DNA of 63,046 nt from a virus (taxonomy: Duplodnaviria > Caudoviricetes), in the IMG/VR virus record IMGVR_UViG_3300028891_000010, positions 1 through 63,046 of that record; one strand, written 5' to 3'. The notes under the pieces are model-generated. The model was not told where the DNA came from, made no database searches, and was given only the letters and a program-made list of their open reading frames with translations. The position numbers and the translations under genes were made by a program. Positions 9,760 to 19,886 of the stretch are shown one piece after another. Each line of letters starts with the position of its first letter. Positions within the stretch are counted from its first letter, which is position 1.

Positions 9760-10561
9760 AGTCAACTCAATTAAGATTAATAGAGTGGGCGTATCTAATG
9801 TTGACTTTCCCATTTATATTAAGTCTAAAAGTGGCGAAAAGGTACTATGTTACGCTAAAGTAAACATCTATATGTCTTTAAAGCGCAATTTGAGAGGGAT
9901 AAACATGAGCAGAGCAACTCAGGCTTTGATGAAATATAGGTATACCAGTTTTGACAGATGGGTACTGTGGAAGTTCTTGTATGATCTAAAAAAACGAAAC
10001 GACTCAGATGACGTTTATGCTGAAATCGCTTTTAAATATTTCACAGATAAAGAAGCACCAGTTACTAAAGAAAAATCAGTACTAGCACATGACTGTACTT
10101 TTATAGGGCATATTAACAAAAACAACCATTATACTTTTAGGCTAAGAGTAAGTGTTATAGGCACTAGTGTTTGTCCATGTTCACGTTCTATCTCAAGGGC
10201 AGGTGCTCATAATCAGCGCAGTATAGCAACTGTAACAGTAGAGACTAAAAAGAAGCGTACTCTATGGTTTGAAGATTTGATTAAACTTATAGAAAATCAA
10301 TTTTCTTGTAAAGTTTACTCTGTTTTAAAGAGACCAGATGAAAAATATGTCACAGAAAAAGGATACGAAAATGCCAAATTTGTAGAAGATATTGCTCGTG
10401 ATATAGCTTTAGCACTACAAAAAACTAATTTGTTGAGATGGTATAAAATAAAAGTAGAAAACGAAGAATCAATTCACACTCATAACGCTGCTGCTTATAT
10501 ATGTAGAAGACTCAAAGGAGGCAAAAAGTGGGTAGAAGCAAAACTAAAAGAGCTCAGATAG
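9731..10561 (+). CDS. folE2: GTP cyclohydrolase IB
   Basis: LPDVQ, INRVGV, GINMSR, CPCS, AHNQRS, LKRPDEKYVT, FVEDIAR, EESIHTHNA. Confidence 0.95.
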   Translation: MNLPDVQNVKVNSIKINRVGVSNVDFPIYIKSKSGEKVLCYAKVNIYMSLKRNLRGINMSRATQALMKYRYTSFDRWVLWKFLYDLKKRNDSDDVYAEIAFKYFTDKEAPVTKEKSVLAHDCTFIGHINKNNHYTFRLRVSVIGTSVCPCSRSISRAGAHNQRSIATVTVETKKKRTLWFEDLIKLIENQFSCKVYSVLKRPDEKYVTEKGYENAKFVEDIARDIALALQKTNLLRWYKIKVENEESIHTHNAAAYICRRLKGGKKWVEAKLKELR

Positions 10562-10905
10562 ACTGCTATATAGAAATAAAATTTTGTTTTGAAGGATTTC
10601 ATTTTTGGAAAGACGCACCTAAAGACGTAAGTTTTTTACGTAATTTACATAGACATTTGTTTCACGTAAGTGTTGTAGTTAAAGTAGATCATTTAAATCG
10701 TGATATTGAATACTTTCAACTGAAAAGAAAAGCTATAAAATTTACACCCAAATTACAGAAGATACTTAAGAAAGGTGCTAGCTGTGAAATGATAGCTTGT
10801 GAGTTATCTGAATATATTTATAGAGTGACTAAAAGTCCCTATATAAGAGTCAAAGTGAGTGAAGACGGGGAGAATTCGTCTATAGTTGAAAGGAGGCTAA
10901 TATGA
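10528..10905 (+). CDS. QueD paralogue, T-fold (DpdL-like, candidate CDG decarboxylase)
   Basis: FEGFHFW...LRNLHRHLFHV (LxxxHRHxF in place of QueD CxxxHGH), SCEMIA, VSEDGEN. Confidence 0.7.
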   Translation: MGRSKTKRAQIDCYIEIKFCFEGFHFWKDAPKDVSFLRNLHRHLFHVSVVVKVDHLNRDIEYFQLKRKAIKFTPKLQKILKKGASCEMIACELSEYIYRVTKSPYIRVKVSEDGENSSIVERRLI

Positions 10906-11696
10906 AGTGCTGTGCAATTCCTCCTAAGAAACATTTGGATTTAGCTCACGCTGGTGATTGGTATTTTTGCCTAGCTCAGTTATATTATAAAGATAAGAAC
11001 TATAGAAGGTTTTTTAAATCACTAAAACACAACGACTATGATTACATCATTTTGGATAATGGAGCTGCAGAACGTGATCAGATAAACGACGACACACTGC
11101 TAGATATAGTAGAAGATTTGAAGCCTAACGAGGTAATAGCTCCAGATACCTTATATGACGGACATGATACTTTACTACGCACTCGTAAATTTATTAAAAA
11201 GATGATCAAAAGAAGGCTAACTGTGGGTACAGATATAATGGGATGCCCTCAAGGATCTAATGTGAAAGAGTGGGTTAATTGCTACAAGGAAATGTTAGAC
11301 ATACCGCACATTGATGTTATAGGTCTTAGCAAGATATCTATTCCCTACTGCTGGAGTAAAGCAAAACACGACACAGCTATTGCTAAATCACGCAATAAAT
11401 GTATAGACTACCTAGTTAGTAAAGACCTCATAAGAAAACCTCTACATTTTTTAGGAATGGGAGATCCTAAAGAGTTTGAGCACTATGAAGACTTTGCTTA
11501 TGAATATAGAATATACTTTAGAAGTACTGATAGCTGCTACACTATACTTGCCGCATATCATAATATAGACTTTCATAAAGAATTTGAAAGAATAGAAACT
11601 GATAATTCATATTTTGATATAAAATTAACAGATAAGCAGATTAAGCTAGCTTTGAAAAATATTTGGTATTTAAGAAAAATCTTAAGGAGAGTATAG
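10902..11696 (+). CDS. TGT/DpdA-like TIM-barrel protein (candidate deazaguanine transglycosylase)
   Basis: ILDNGA, IAPD, CPQG, IGLS, LHFLG, RSTDS in TGT motif order; adjacent to folE2 and the QueD paralogue. Confidence 0.65.
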   Translation: MKCCAIPPKKHLDLAHAGDWYFCLAQLYYKDKNYRRFFKSLKHNDYDYIILDNGAAERDQINDDTLLDIVEDLKPNEVIAPDTLYDGHDTLLRTRKFIKKMIKRRLTVGTDIMGCPQGSNVKEWVNCYKEMLDIPHIDVIGLSKISIPYCWSKAKHDTAIAKSRNKCIDYLVSKDLIRKPLHFLGMGDPKEFEHYEDFAYEYRIYFRSTDSCYTILAAYHNIDFHKEFERIETDNSYFDIKLTDKQIKLALKNIWYLRKILRRV

Positions 11697-11697
11697 T

Positions 11698-11841
11698 ATG
11701 GTAGTTTTAGTGTGTGAAAAATGTGGTAAAGAGTACAGGATTCAGCATATAAATCCCATAGTAGAGGATGCTTGGTACTGTTATGAGTGTGGAGGTAATT
11801 TAGTTATTAAAAAAGAAGGAGGTGTTTCAAATGAGGCGTAG
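11698..11841 (+). CDS. 47-aa zinc-ribbon protein (not in the ORF track)
   Basis: MVVLVCEKCG...WYCYECGG; SD AGGAGA. Confidence 0.65.
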   Translation: MVVLVCEKCGKEYRIQHINPIVEDAWYCYECGGNLVIKKEGGVSNEA

Positions 11842-12019
11842 AGGAAAGATTTTTAAGGATTTTAAACCTGTAGAAACTAGCGATGATGTTACTACAGCAT
11901 TAAGAAAATTAAATGAAAATTTGAAGCTTATTTTAGAGCTCTTATGCGATTTAAGGGTGAACACGTCTGCTAAGCCAGAAAAGAAAGAAGAGAGTAGTAG
12001 TAGTGAGTCGAATTCCTAA
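11831..12019 (+). CDS. hypothetical protein
   Basis: SD AGGAGGTG before ATG 11831. Confidence 0.55.
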   Translation: MRRRGKIFKDFKPVETSDDVTTALRKLNENLKLILELLCDLRVNTSAKPEKKEESSSSESNS

Positions 12020-12296
12020 ATATTTGCAGCGAAATGTTAAAAGACAGGGACAAAAGGCAGAGAAAAGAGTTAAAAGAACTTTAAACAGTGGAGCTTTATG
12101 GTTTGATAAGGGAGACTTAAAAACTAGTAAGTATTTAATTGAAGTTAAGCATACCAATAAAAAAGGCTTTAGGATTACTGACAAGTTATTAAGAAAATTA
12201 ATAGATGAAGCTTACTCAGTTCATAAGGAACCTCTTTTGATAATTTATATCGGTAATTACAAAGTAATATCAAGGATAGAAAGAAATGAAATTTGA
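12003..12296 (+). CDS. PD-(D/E)XK nuclease, Hjc-like resolvase
   Basis: GQKAE...NSGA...KGDL...LIEVK. Confidence 0.7.
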   Translation: MSRIPKYLQRNVKRQGQKAEKRVKRTLNSGALWFDKGDLKTSKYLIEVKHTNKKGFRITDKLLRKLIDEAYSVHKEPLLIIYIGNYKVISRIERNEI

Positions 12297-12846
12297 AATT
12301 GATAAGTGTTTAAACAAGTCACAAAAAGAACTAGAAAATATATTTTTAACAGCTTTACGTAAAGTAGTGCCTAAATACTTTGAAATTAACTATTCAAAAA
12401 ACGAAGTACTTCTTGGTATTGGGCGAATAGCTCAACCGTTGAGCCATCCTATAAGTATAGATCTGACTTCTCTTGCGTGTAAGTACACTATAAGCGATGA
12501 GTTGGTTTATGGCAGTCAGATAGACATAGCACGTTTTGTGTTAGGATATATTGTTGACGAGATAACAACGTACGATATTAACTGCTATGTTGCAGTGGGA
12601 AATTATAAACACACTCTATACATTTCAAATCCTACCATTTCAGTTGAAAGATGTACCTTCTCTCTAGTGACTAAGATGTGCTTACACACACAAGCTGCTA
12701 TGGTAATATTTGTCAAATCTCTTGATAAAATTCCTATTAGTAATAAATTAAAAGCTATAGTAGAGCTAGAATCTAAAGGCTATTACAAGACTAAGATGTC
12801 TATAAAAGAAGCGGTAGAAGAATTATGTTTAATGCAAATGAAATAA
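12286..12846 (+). CDS. hypothetical protein
   Basis: 186-aa ORF overlapping both neighbours. Confidence 0.55.
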   Translation: MKFEIDKCLNKSQKELENIFLTALRKVVPKYFEINYSKNEVLLGIGRIAQPLSHPISIDLTSLACKYTISDELVYGSQIDIARFVLGYIVDEITTYDINCYVAVGNYKHTLYISNPTISVERCTFSLVTKMCLHTQAAMVIFVKSLDKIPISNKLKAIVELESKGYYKTKMSIKEAVEELCLMQMK

Positions 12847-13433
12847 CAGATCTTTTTAATAATATTTTTTTACAGGAACTATCATATAAACTAAGTGAAG
12901 TGGGATCTTCTACTTATGTTCACTCTGCATCTGTTTCCATACCTATATTTCGATGTAGCGTTGAGACTAAACATGCAGATATACATGCTCAACTGCATAT
13001 GGCATCTGAAGCTATCGTTTTAAGCGTACTAAATATCCACTGTACATTACCTTACTATGCAGCCCACTATGATAAAAATCGTTTAACAACAGCAATAAAG
13101 TATGCATTTAGTCAAGTGTATCACAACCTTTTAGATGTTCCGTTGAATTGTTTAATAGTTGAAGTTACTGATAAATTGTTTATTAATTGGTATATAAATC
13201 ATGTAACTACAGATGCAAACGTTAATACTCGCATAGATTTCAAAAGCGTGTATGGTTTAGGAGCCGTAATATATACTCCTATAGACATACTTAAAAAATT
13301 TCCTGGCAATCGTCTGAAACTAATTACTAATATATCACAAAACGGAGGGTATGTCCATACTTCAATAACTATTAAAGATATAAAGCAATTGCACGAAAAT
13401 GCACATACCAAGGTATATATTAGTAACAGGTGA
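12825..13433 (+). CDS. hypothetical protein, possibly a distant paralogue of the upstream gene
   Basis: Similar size and ends (ENIFL/NNIFL; NKLK..GYYKTKMSIK vs NRLK..GGYVHTSITIK). Confidence 0.55.
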   Translation: MFNANEITDLFNNIFLQELSYKLSEVGSSTYVHSASVSIPIFRCSVETKHADIHAQLHMASEAIVLSVLNIHCTLPYYAAHYDKNRLTTAIKYAFSQVYHNLLDVPLNCLIVEVTDKLFINWYINHVTTDANVNTRIDFKSVYGLGAVIYTPIDILKKFPGNRLKLITNISQNGGYVHTSITIKDIKQLHENAHTKVYISNR

Positions 13434-14331
13434 TTTTCATATTTGTAAAAATACCTATTCTGAAGTAGATAACTCTCTGAATCAGATACTACGTATTATA
13501 CGGACTAAAAACATATCTTACATAGCTATTTTAGGAGATATTTTTAACTCAGAACATCCTACTTTAGAAGATATTAGTAAATTTATTAGATTTACAACTT
13601 CTATTCCTAACCATATTCAGATTTATTTAGTAGAAGGTAACCATGAGAAAGAAAGAAAAGATAAGAAATTACTACAGTGGATTAGCTGGATAAGACCTAA
13701 TGTTATTTATTCGTCCGATATATTAGAAACTACTATTTTAAACAAAAAGATTATAATGATGCACGAAGCTTTTTTAGAAAGCGATATTCATGAAAAAGCT
13801 AAAAGCAATATATCTTACACTCAGTTTAAAGACTACGATATTATTTTATCAGGCCACGTTCACAAATATCAAGTTATAAGCGAGCAGCCATTAACAATAC
13901 ATCCAGGTAGTATATATTACTGTAATTTTAAAGAGGTGAATGATCCTGAAAAAGGGGTAGTAATTATTGATTTAAATACTTTACAGTATGAACTCATACC
14001 ATTAAAAGTAACTAAATTAAAGCAAATAGAATCTGATTTGACTAATGTTAAGAAAGTAATAAACCAATTGAATAGAAATGCTAAAGTCAAACTTATTCTA
14101 AATTTAAATTATGATGAATCTAAAAAAGTAAATGAAATTAACAAAATAATACAGTTAGGTAAATCTAAGTTTGTATCTTTTTCTTATGATATAAGAGTCA
14201 AAAAACTTGAAATTACTAAAGATACTACAACTAAAAAGAGAAGCTTATCTGATCTATTTAAAAAGTTCTGCAAAGATTTCAAAGTTGATAAAAAATATCA
14301 AGATCAACTAAAACAGTTGTTACCGCTATGA
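13399..14331 (+). CDS. sbcD: SbcD/Mre11-like nuclease
   Basis: GDFH, LGDIF, GNHE, SGHVH, HPGS. Confidence 0.9.
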   Translation: MHIPRYILVTGDFHICKNTYSEVDNSLNQILRIIRTKNISYIAILGDIFNSEHPTLEDISKFIRFTTSIPNHIQIYLVEGNHEKERKDKKLLQWISWIRPNVIYSSDILETTILNKKIIMMHEAFLESDIHEKAKSNISYTQFKDYDIILSGHVHKYQVISEQPLTIHPGSIYYCNFKEVNDPEKGVVIIDLNTLQYELIPLKVTKLKQIESDLTNVKKVINQLNRNAKVKLILNLNYDESKKVNEINKIIQLGKSKFVSFSYDIRVKKLEITKDTTTKKRSLSDLFKKFCKDFKVDKKYQDQLKQLLPL

Positions 14332-15815
14332 GATTACTGAAACTATATCTAAAAAACTTTATGTGCTATGAAGAGACAGAGGTAGTATTTCCTGAGTCTA
14401 AATTAGTCAATATATATGGCTTTGATTATGACAGAAATACTTCAAATGGTATAGGTAAATCTAGTTTAGTAGACGCTGTTATATTCTGTTTATTTGGGCG
14501 TTCAAGAACCACTTTACAAAACCTAATCAGAAAAGGTAAATCATTTTGTGCAGTAGGATTAGTATTTGAAAAAGATAATGATGTGTATGAGATTAATCGT
14601 AGATTTGATAGAAGCACTACTTTAAGAATCGTTAAAAATGATAAAACTATGCAATTTCATCGTATTAACCAAGCTCAGTCTTATATCAATGATGTATTAG
14701 GTATGAATTATGATAATTTTGTTAATTTTTCTATATTTGATGTATTAAGATTTGAAGATTTATCTTCTCTTAGTTTAGCTGACTTTAGAAAGCTTCTAAG
14801 AACTGTATTTAATTTTGAGTCTTTTGAAAACACATTAAATAAACTAAAAATAGATATCAAATCAGCAGAACAGTCTTTATCTTTAATTCCTTCTACCAGC
14901 CATTACTATTCAACTAAACGCTTATCTGTTGTACAGGAGGCAATGAAGTCAATAAAGCGCTATAAAGAGATTTTAGATAATCGCCAACATAAATTATTAA
15001 AATTAATAAGAACTTATGAGTCTGAGCTATCCAAATACAATACTATTACTGAGCGCAATAATAACAAGATTAAATGGTTAATGAATAAAGACACTTGCCC
15101 CACTTGTTTTAAGCCTTTAGATAATAAAGTAGATATTTTGAACAAATACCAGCAAGAAATTAACAACTGCCAACGAAAAACTCAGGAATTATCTAACAAA
15201 ATAGCTACAGCTCAAAAGTTGATAGATATAGTAAAAGAAAAATATGAAAAGCTATCAGATAAATTATTCAGACTAAATAAAAGAGAATACGAGCTAAATT
15301 CAGCTGAGAAATACCATAAGAATACTGAGTTTATTAAACAGAAGATAGATAATTTAAAAGTGTTATATGAATTAACTAATAAATTTGAAGAATATGTAAT
15401 TAGTCATACTATACAAAACTTAGAAGCTTTAATAAACAGCTATTTATCTTACCTAACAGATATATCTTGTAGAATTATTTATGAACACAGTGGTAAAACT
15501 GGTAAAATACTAGTAAAAATATATCGTAATAACTCTGAATTCTTATTTCAACAGCTTAGTTCAGGAGAAAAGATGCTTGTATCTTATGCGTTTAAACTAG
15601 CTATAAATACATTTGATTATAAAGATACTATATTGTTTATTGATGAAGGTTTAAGTAGACTAGATAAAAATAATCGTAATAAACTGCTAACTATGCTTCA
15701 GCAAGCACCCTTCAATCAGATATTTTTAATTAGTCACGATGATAATTTTAAAGACTTACCAACTATATTCATTGAAAAAAGAGATAATGTTAGCAACATA
15801 ATAACAAAATTATGA
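14328..15815 (+). CDS. sbcC: SbcC/Rad50-like ATPase
   Basis: NGIGKSS Walker A, coiled coil, CPTC zinc hook, LSSGE signature, FIDEG, ISH. Confidence 0.9.
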   Translation: MRLLKLYLKNFMCYEETEVVFPESKLVNIYGFDYDRNTSNGIGKSSLVDAVIFCLFGRSRTTLQNLIRKGKSFCAVGLVFEKDNDVYEINRRFDRSTTLRIVKNDKTMQFHRINQAQSYINDVLGMNYDNFVNFSIFDVLRFEDLSSLSLADFRKLLRTVFNFESFENTLNKLKIDIKSAEQSLSLIPSTSHYYSTKRLSVVQEAMKSIKRYKEILDNRQHKLLKLIRTYESELSKYNTITERNNNKIKWLMNKDTCPTCFKPLDNKVDILNKYQQEINNCQRKTQELSNKIATAQKLIDIVKEKYEKLSDKLFRLNKREYELNSAEKYHKNTEFIKQKIDNLKVLYELTNKFEEYVISHTIQNLEALINSYLSYLTDISCRIIYEHSGKTGKILVKIYRNNSEFLFQQLSSGEKMLVSYAFKLAINTFDYKDTILFIDEGLSRLDKNNRNKLLTMLQQAPFNQIFLISHDDNFKDLPTIFIEKRDNVSNIITKL

Positions 15816-16090
15816 GCGAGCAGCAGCTAGACTCTGGTTATACTCTTTGGCAATATAAAAAGGATAAGAGCATAGTAAAAGCAAAGTTTTTGCGCAAGTT
15901 TGTGCTAGTACAGCCTGTAGAAATAAAGTCGTTAGTATCTGATAGTTTGTTTGATTTCTTGATATTTCTAACTTCGACTAATCACAGTTATTTTGGATGG
16001 TATAAAGTATGTAAATCAATTTTTTATAAATATTTTGAATCCGTTCCTAAATTAAAACAAATTCTTTTAAAAGAAGGATTTGGTATATAA
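15812..16090 (+). CDS. hypothetical protein
   Basis: ATGA overlap with sbcC. Confidence 0.5.
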   Translation: MSEQQLDSGYTLWQYKKDKSIVKAKFLRKFVLVQPVEIKSLVSDSLFDFLIFLTSTNHSYFGWYKVCKSIFYKYFESVPKLKQILLKEGFGI

Positions 16091-16116
16091 CTATAATAAG
16101 AAGGAGGTAAATTATA

Positions 16117-16311
16117 ATGGAACGACAAAAAACAGAAGTTTACTTTGATGAACCTTTAGAACAAATAATTAGAACGATACTAGATAAATTTGACGCTGTT
16201 TCTAGTGGATTACGTTACTTAGAACAACGGATGAGATGGATGCATGAAGAAATAAGGCTGATACTATCTATAGTGTCAAAATTGAAAAAAGACAAAGAGA
16301 CTAGCAAGTAA
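16117..16311 (+). CDS. hypothetical protein
   Basis: SD AAGGAGGT. Confidence 0.6.
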   Translation: MERQKTEVYFDEPLEQIIRTILDKFDAVSSGLRYLEQRMRWMHEEIRLILSIVSKLKKDKETSK

Positions 16312-16330
16312 CTAGGGAGGTAAAAAATTT

Positions 16331-16798
16331 ATGGGTTGGAGTGGATATCTAGTAGACAAGAAAAATAAAATTCAATTTGAAATTTTTAAAACTACAGAAA
16401 GTGATTTTTTAGAGGCTGTTAATAGTGTGCTTGAAGCTCTTAAAAAGAACTACGAAATGCACGAAGATGAAGGGCTTTCTACATACGATATTCAGACTAA
16501 AAAAACACAAGATTTGACTGTAAAAGATATGTATGTATTTAATCAGTGCTTGGATATATCCTTCCACTTAAATCGACCTTTAGATGAATTATTGGCTGCT
16601 CTATACTATATATATACTATGCACCTGACATTAAAGAATAAAGAAGTACTAGGCCTCGATTCTAGATTTGATTTTTATACTGATAGTAACGAAGAAAAAT
16701 GTAAAAAGTATAAAGACTATAAATTAATAACTTGTTATATAAGCGAAGAAGAAGATATCGGCCTTGGTGAGATTGAAATTAACCCTGAGGAGGAATAG
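16331..16798 (+). CDS. hypothetical acidic protein
   Basis: SD GGAGGT; 155 aa. Confidence 0.6.
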   Translation: MGWSGYLVDKKNKIQFEIFKTTESDFLEAVNSVLEALKKNYEMHEDEGLSTYDIQTKKTQDLTVKDMYVFNQCLDISFHLNRPLDELLAALYYIYTMHLTLKNKEVLGLDSRFDFYTDSNEEKCKKYKDYKLITCYISEEEDIGLGEIEINPEEE

Positions 16799-16801
16799 AA
16801 T

Positions 16802-17929
16802 ATGAAAAAATGGACAGAAGAAGAACTTAAACTACTAGAAAAATGTTACAATGAGGGGTTAACATACAGACAAATAGCTCGCTTGCTAAATAGAAGTGAA
16901 GACGCCATAGATCACGCAGTACGCAACTATAGACATGTTCTCGAATTTAACAGATCTAGAGAGCCTAAAAAATACCCATATCGTCAAATATTTAGAGAAG
17001 TTAAAAGCTATATAGATGATAATTTAGAAGCAATAATCGAAAAGAACTTTCAGTATTTTAGTAGAGTTCCTTATAGGGGCACTTATAAAAAAGAGAAACA
17101 ATCTGAAGACTTAGTAGGTTTGTTGAGTGACATGCATATCGGCTCTACTAACAAAGCACCTATTACTGGGGGTGTCACTTTTAATGACGACATACTAAAG
17201 AAAGAAGTAGCTAATTACATACGAGGAGTTAAACGTTTTTACGAGCTTTATAAACCATCATACAATATAGAGCATTTTTATATATTTGATCTAGGTGATA
17301 TCGTTACGGGAGATAGAATTTATGAGGGACAGCTTTACGAAATAACCAGAAGTGTGGGCCAGCAAGTTGTAATTGCTTTGGATTATCTATCTCATGTAAT
17401 TGTAAAAATGTCCGAAATATTTCCACAGGTCACTTATATTAAGATGGTAGGAAACCATGGTAGGAGCTATAGTGATAGAAACGTTGCAGAGCCTATTGAG
17501 AATAATTTTGAGTATTTATTGGGACTATTACTTAAAGAACGATTTAAAAGCAATAAAAGAGTTAACGTAGTGCTCCCAAATGATTACTTTTATTCAGCCC
17601 AGATAAGAGGTCATAAATACCTGTTAATGCATGGCGATTATATAAGAGGCACAGTGCTTACTACCATAGAAAAAGCAGTTAAAGAAATAGCGTTACTTTT
17701 AGGAAGAGACTTTCATGAGGTTATTACCATAGGTCATTTTCACTCAACTCATGAGCTTCCCATTGGTTCTGAATCTACTTTACTAATAAATGGATGTTTT
17801 ATTTATAAGGATTCATACGCATACAAACGACTTAGAAAGTTTTCCGTTGCCAAGCAATTATTATTCAATATATCTAAAAAATCAGCACTGCACAATTTAC
17901 AAAAAATAGACTTGAGGTGGTCATTATGA
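16802..17929 (+). CDS. HTH domain plus calcineurin-like metallophosphoesterase
   Basis: KWTEEELKLL...YRQIARLLNRS HTH; SDMHIG, LGDIVTG, GNHG, MHGD, GHFH. Confidence 0.8.
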   Translation: MKKWTEEELKLLEKCYNEGLTYRQIARLLNRSEDAIDHAVRNYRHVLEFNRSREPKKYPYRQIFREVKSYIDDNLEAIIEKNFQYFSRVPYRGTYKKEKQSEDLVGLLSDMHIGSTNKAPITGGVTFNDDILKKEVANYIRGVKRFYELYKPSYNIEHFYIFDLGDIVTGDRIYEGQLYEITRSVGQQVVIALDYLSHVIVKMSEIFPQVTYIKMVGNHGRSYSDRNVAEPIENNFEYLLGLLLKERFKSNKRVNVVLPNDYFYSAQIRGHKYLLMHGDYIRGTVLTTIEKAVKEIALLLGRDFHEVITIGHFHSTHELPIGSESTLLINGCFIYKDSYAYKRLRKFSVAKQLLFNISKKSALHNLQKIDLRWSL

Positions 17930-18573
17930 ATAAGTTGATAGAATATACCAATCTAAACCCTGCTTTAAACAGCAAAGAAATAAAAGAATTTACACTACTA
18001 GCGGCAGAAAGACAGTATCGTTCTGTAGTACTCACTTACAACTGTTGCTCAGTAGCTAAAAAATTAGTGGATCAAAACAACTTAAACTTAAAAGTAGTGA
18101 CAGTACTTGGATTTCCTTTTGACAGATATAATAGAGATATATTACAATTTTATAATAAATTTTATGATGAAATAGACGTGCTTATTCCTATTCACTTATA
18201 CTACTATAATTATCCTCCCTTTTTAAATGAAATAGAGAAGCTACTAAAAACTATTCGTTCTAGTCTGCCTAATAAAAGAGTTAAGTTTATAATTGAAACC
18301 ACTCTAATGAGAGACAAACCCAGGCAGATTAAAGAGCTATGTAAGCTAGCTAAAAAGTGTGGTGTAGATGTTATAAAAACATGCTCTGGATTATTTAAAG
18401 TTCCTAATAGAACCTTTCAAAATTTAGTGGAGGAGGTTAACTTAATTAAAAAATACTGGAAAAAAGGCATTAAAGCTTCTGGAGGCATCAAAACAAGAGA
18501 TGAAGTAAAGCAATTAGCTAAATTAGGTGTAAAATATATAGGAACTTCAACAGATATATTCAAAGAAAAATGA
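17926..18573 (+). CDS. deoC: deoxyribose-phosphate aldolase-like protein
   Basis: VTVLGFP, DEID, KFIIET, VIKTCSG (Schiff-base Lys), IKASGGIKT, IGTS. Confidence 0.85.
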   Translation: MNKLIEYTNLNPALNSKEIKEFTLLAAERQYRSVVLTYNCCSVAKKLVDQNNLNLKVVTVLGFPFDRYNRDILQFYNKFYDEIDVLIPIHLYYYNYPPFLNEIEKLLKTIRSSLPNKRVKFIIETTLMRDKPRQIKELCKLAKKCGVDVIKTCSGLFKVPNRTFQNLVEEVNLIKKYWKKGIKASGGIKTRDEVKQLAKLGVKYIGTSTDIFKEK

Positions 18574-19472
18574 AAATTCTGGAGATTCATAATAGGGTAA
18601 ATACTATTGAAGAAGTAAAAGAAGTAGAAAAATACTTTGACGCCTTTTATGTAATGGGAATTTATGAACCTACACCTTTTAGTAAACAACACAACGAAAA
18701 TTTTGGATTAGATGGTAGTTTATTTGCTATTTGTGATTATGAATTTCAAGTTATAGATATTAAACTTTTAGAATATTTAAGAGAAACGAATAAATCTATA
18801 ATAGTAGATTTTATTCCTAATCACATAGGTAGAGATTTTAAAAACACAGGTTACGGTTTTAAAGATTTGCGTTGGGGAAATTATGAATGGATTGATACAA
18901 TACAATTAAATTATTCTTCAAGAAACGTTTATGATTTTATGCTATGGAATATTAGATACTTATTGAAAGAATGCCAATTTCATGGTTTGAGATTCGATAT
19001 GGCACACCTATTATTACAAAAGAACTATAACAGAAAACATCATGTATGTTTAGGTTATGAACCTTTAGAAGAATTAATAGAAATGGCAAAACAAATAAAT
19101 TCTAACTGTATTCTAATAGCCGAAGCCTATCAAGATTATGATGATTTAAAAAATTTAGGATTTGATTACGTTTATAGAGTAGAACCAAGAAGAGGGCATC
19201 ATTTTATAGCTACCGATACTGATTTAATTGTGATGGACAACCATGATGAAAAATTACTTTATTGGGAGTGTTATGGTAATTTAGATTGTTTAATATACAA
19301 ATTAAAAAATTTGACTTCCTATTACGGTAATACTCTTTGGTATCTTCCTGCTATAATGGGCTATACTAAAAGACCGTCAGCAAATTACTGGTATAATAAA
19401 CAATGGGATATAAATCCAAAAGTAAAGGAAATCTATTTAGAAGTTTTAGAAAATGAAAATTCTACGAAATAG
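18570..19472 (+). CDS. GH13 alpha-amylase-family catalytic domain
   Basis: Conserved regions I-IV: DFIPNH, GLRFDMAH, IAEAY, MDNHDE. Confidence 0.85.
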   Translation: MKILEIHNRVNTIEEVKEVEKYFDAFYVMGIYEPTPFSKQHNENFGLDGSLFAICDYEFQVIDIKLLEYLRETNKSIIVDFIPNHIGRDFKNTGYGFKDLRWGNYEWIDTIQLNYSSRNVYDFMLWNIRYLLKECQFHGLRFDMAHLLLQKNYNRKHHVCLGYEPLEELIEMAKQINSNCILIAEAYQDYDDLKNLGFDYVYRVEPRRGHHFIATDTDLIVMDNHDEKLLYWECYGNLDCLIYKLKNLTSYYGNTLWYLPAIMGYTKRPSANYWYNKQWDINPKVKEIYLEVLENENSTK

Positions 19473-19644
19473 AGCTAAATGTTTAATTTGCGGAGAAATA
19501 TTAGAAAGCAAACATAGGCATGATTTTAAGACTTGTAAATGTGGCAATTTAAGTGTAGATGGTGGAAAAGATTACATAAAACGAAGCGTAAAATATATTG
19601 ACAAATACAGAGATTTAAGTAAAGTAGAGAAGGAGAAAAAATGA
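19453..19644 (+). CDS. small zinc-binding phage protein
   Basis: NRAKCLICGE..S..RHDFKTCKCG..SVDGG pattern. Confidence 0.7.
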   Translation: MKILRNRAKCLICGEILESKHRHDFKTCKCGNLSVDGGKDYIKRSVKYIDKYRDLSKVEKEKK

Positions 19645-19886
19645 GGCAAGAAAAGCGATTAAAAGTATTAAAAGTATCTTTTATTGTATATCTTTATCCT
19701 GATGGAAAAGTAGATTATATAGCTCGGAAATGTGAATCACCCAACGCTTGTGAGGATTGTAAATTTAATAAAATCTGTGAAAATATAGAAACACTTATAA
19801 AGATTGCAGATTTAATAAACAAAACAAGAATTAAAAAAGCTAAAAGAACTAAATTGAAGAAAAGAAAGAAAGGAATTAGAAAGTAA
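19641..19886 (+). CDS. hypothetical basic protein
   Basis: SD AAGGAG; Cys cluster; Lys-rich tail. Confidence 0.55.
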   Translation: MRQEKRLKVLKVSFIVYLYPDGKVDYIARKCESPNACEDCKFNKICENIETLIKIADLINKTRIKKAKRTKLKKRKKGIRK

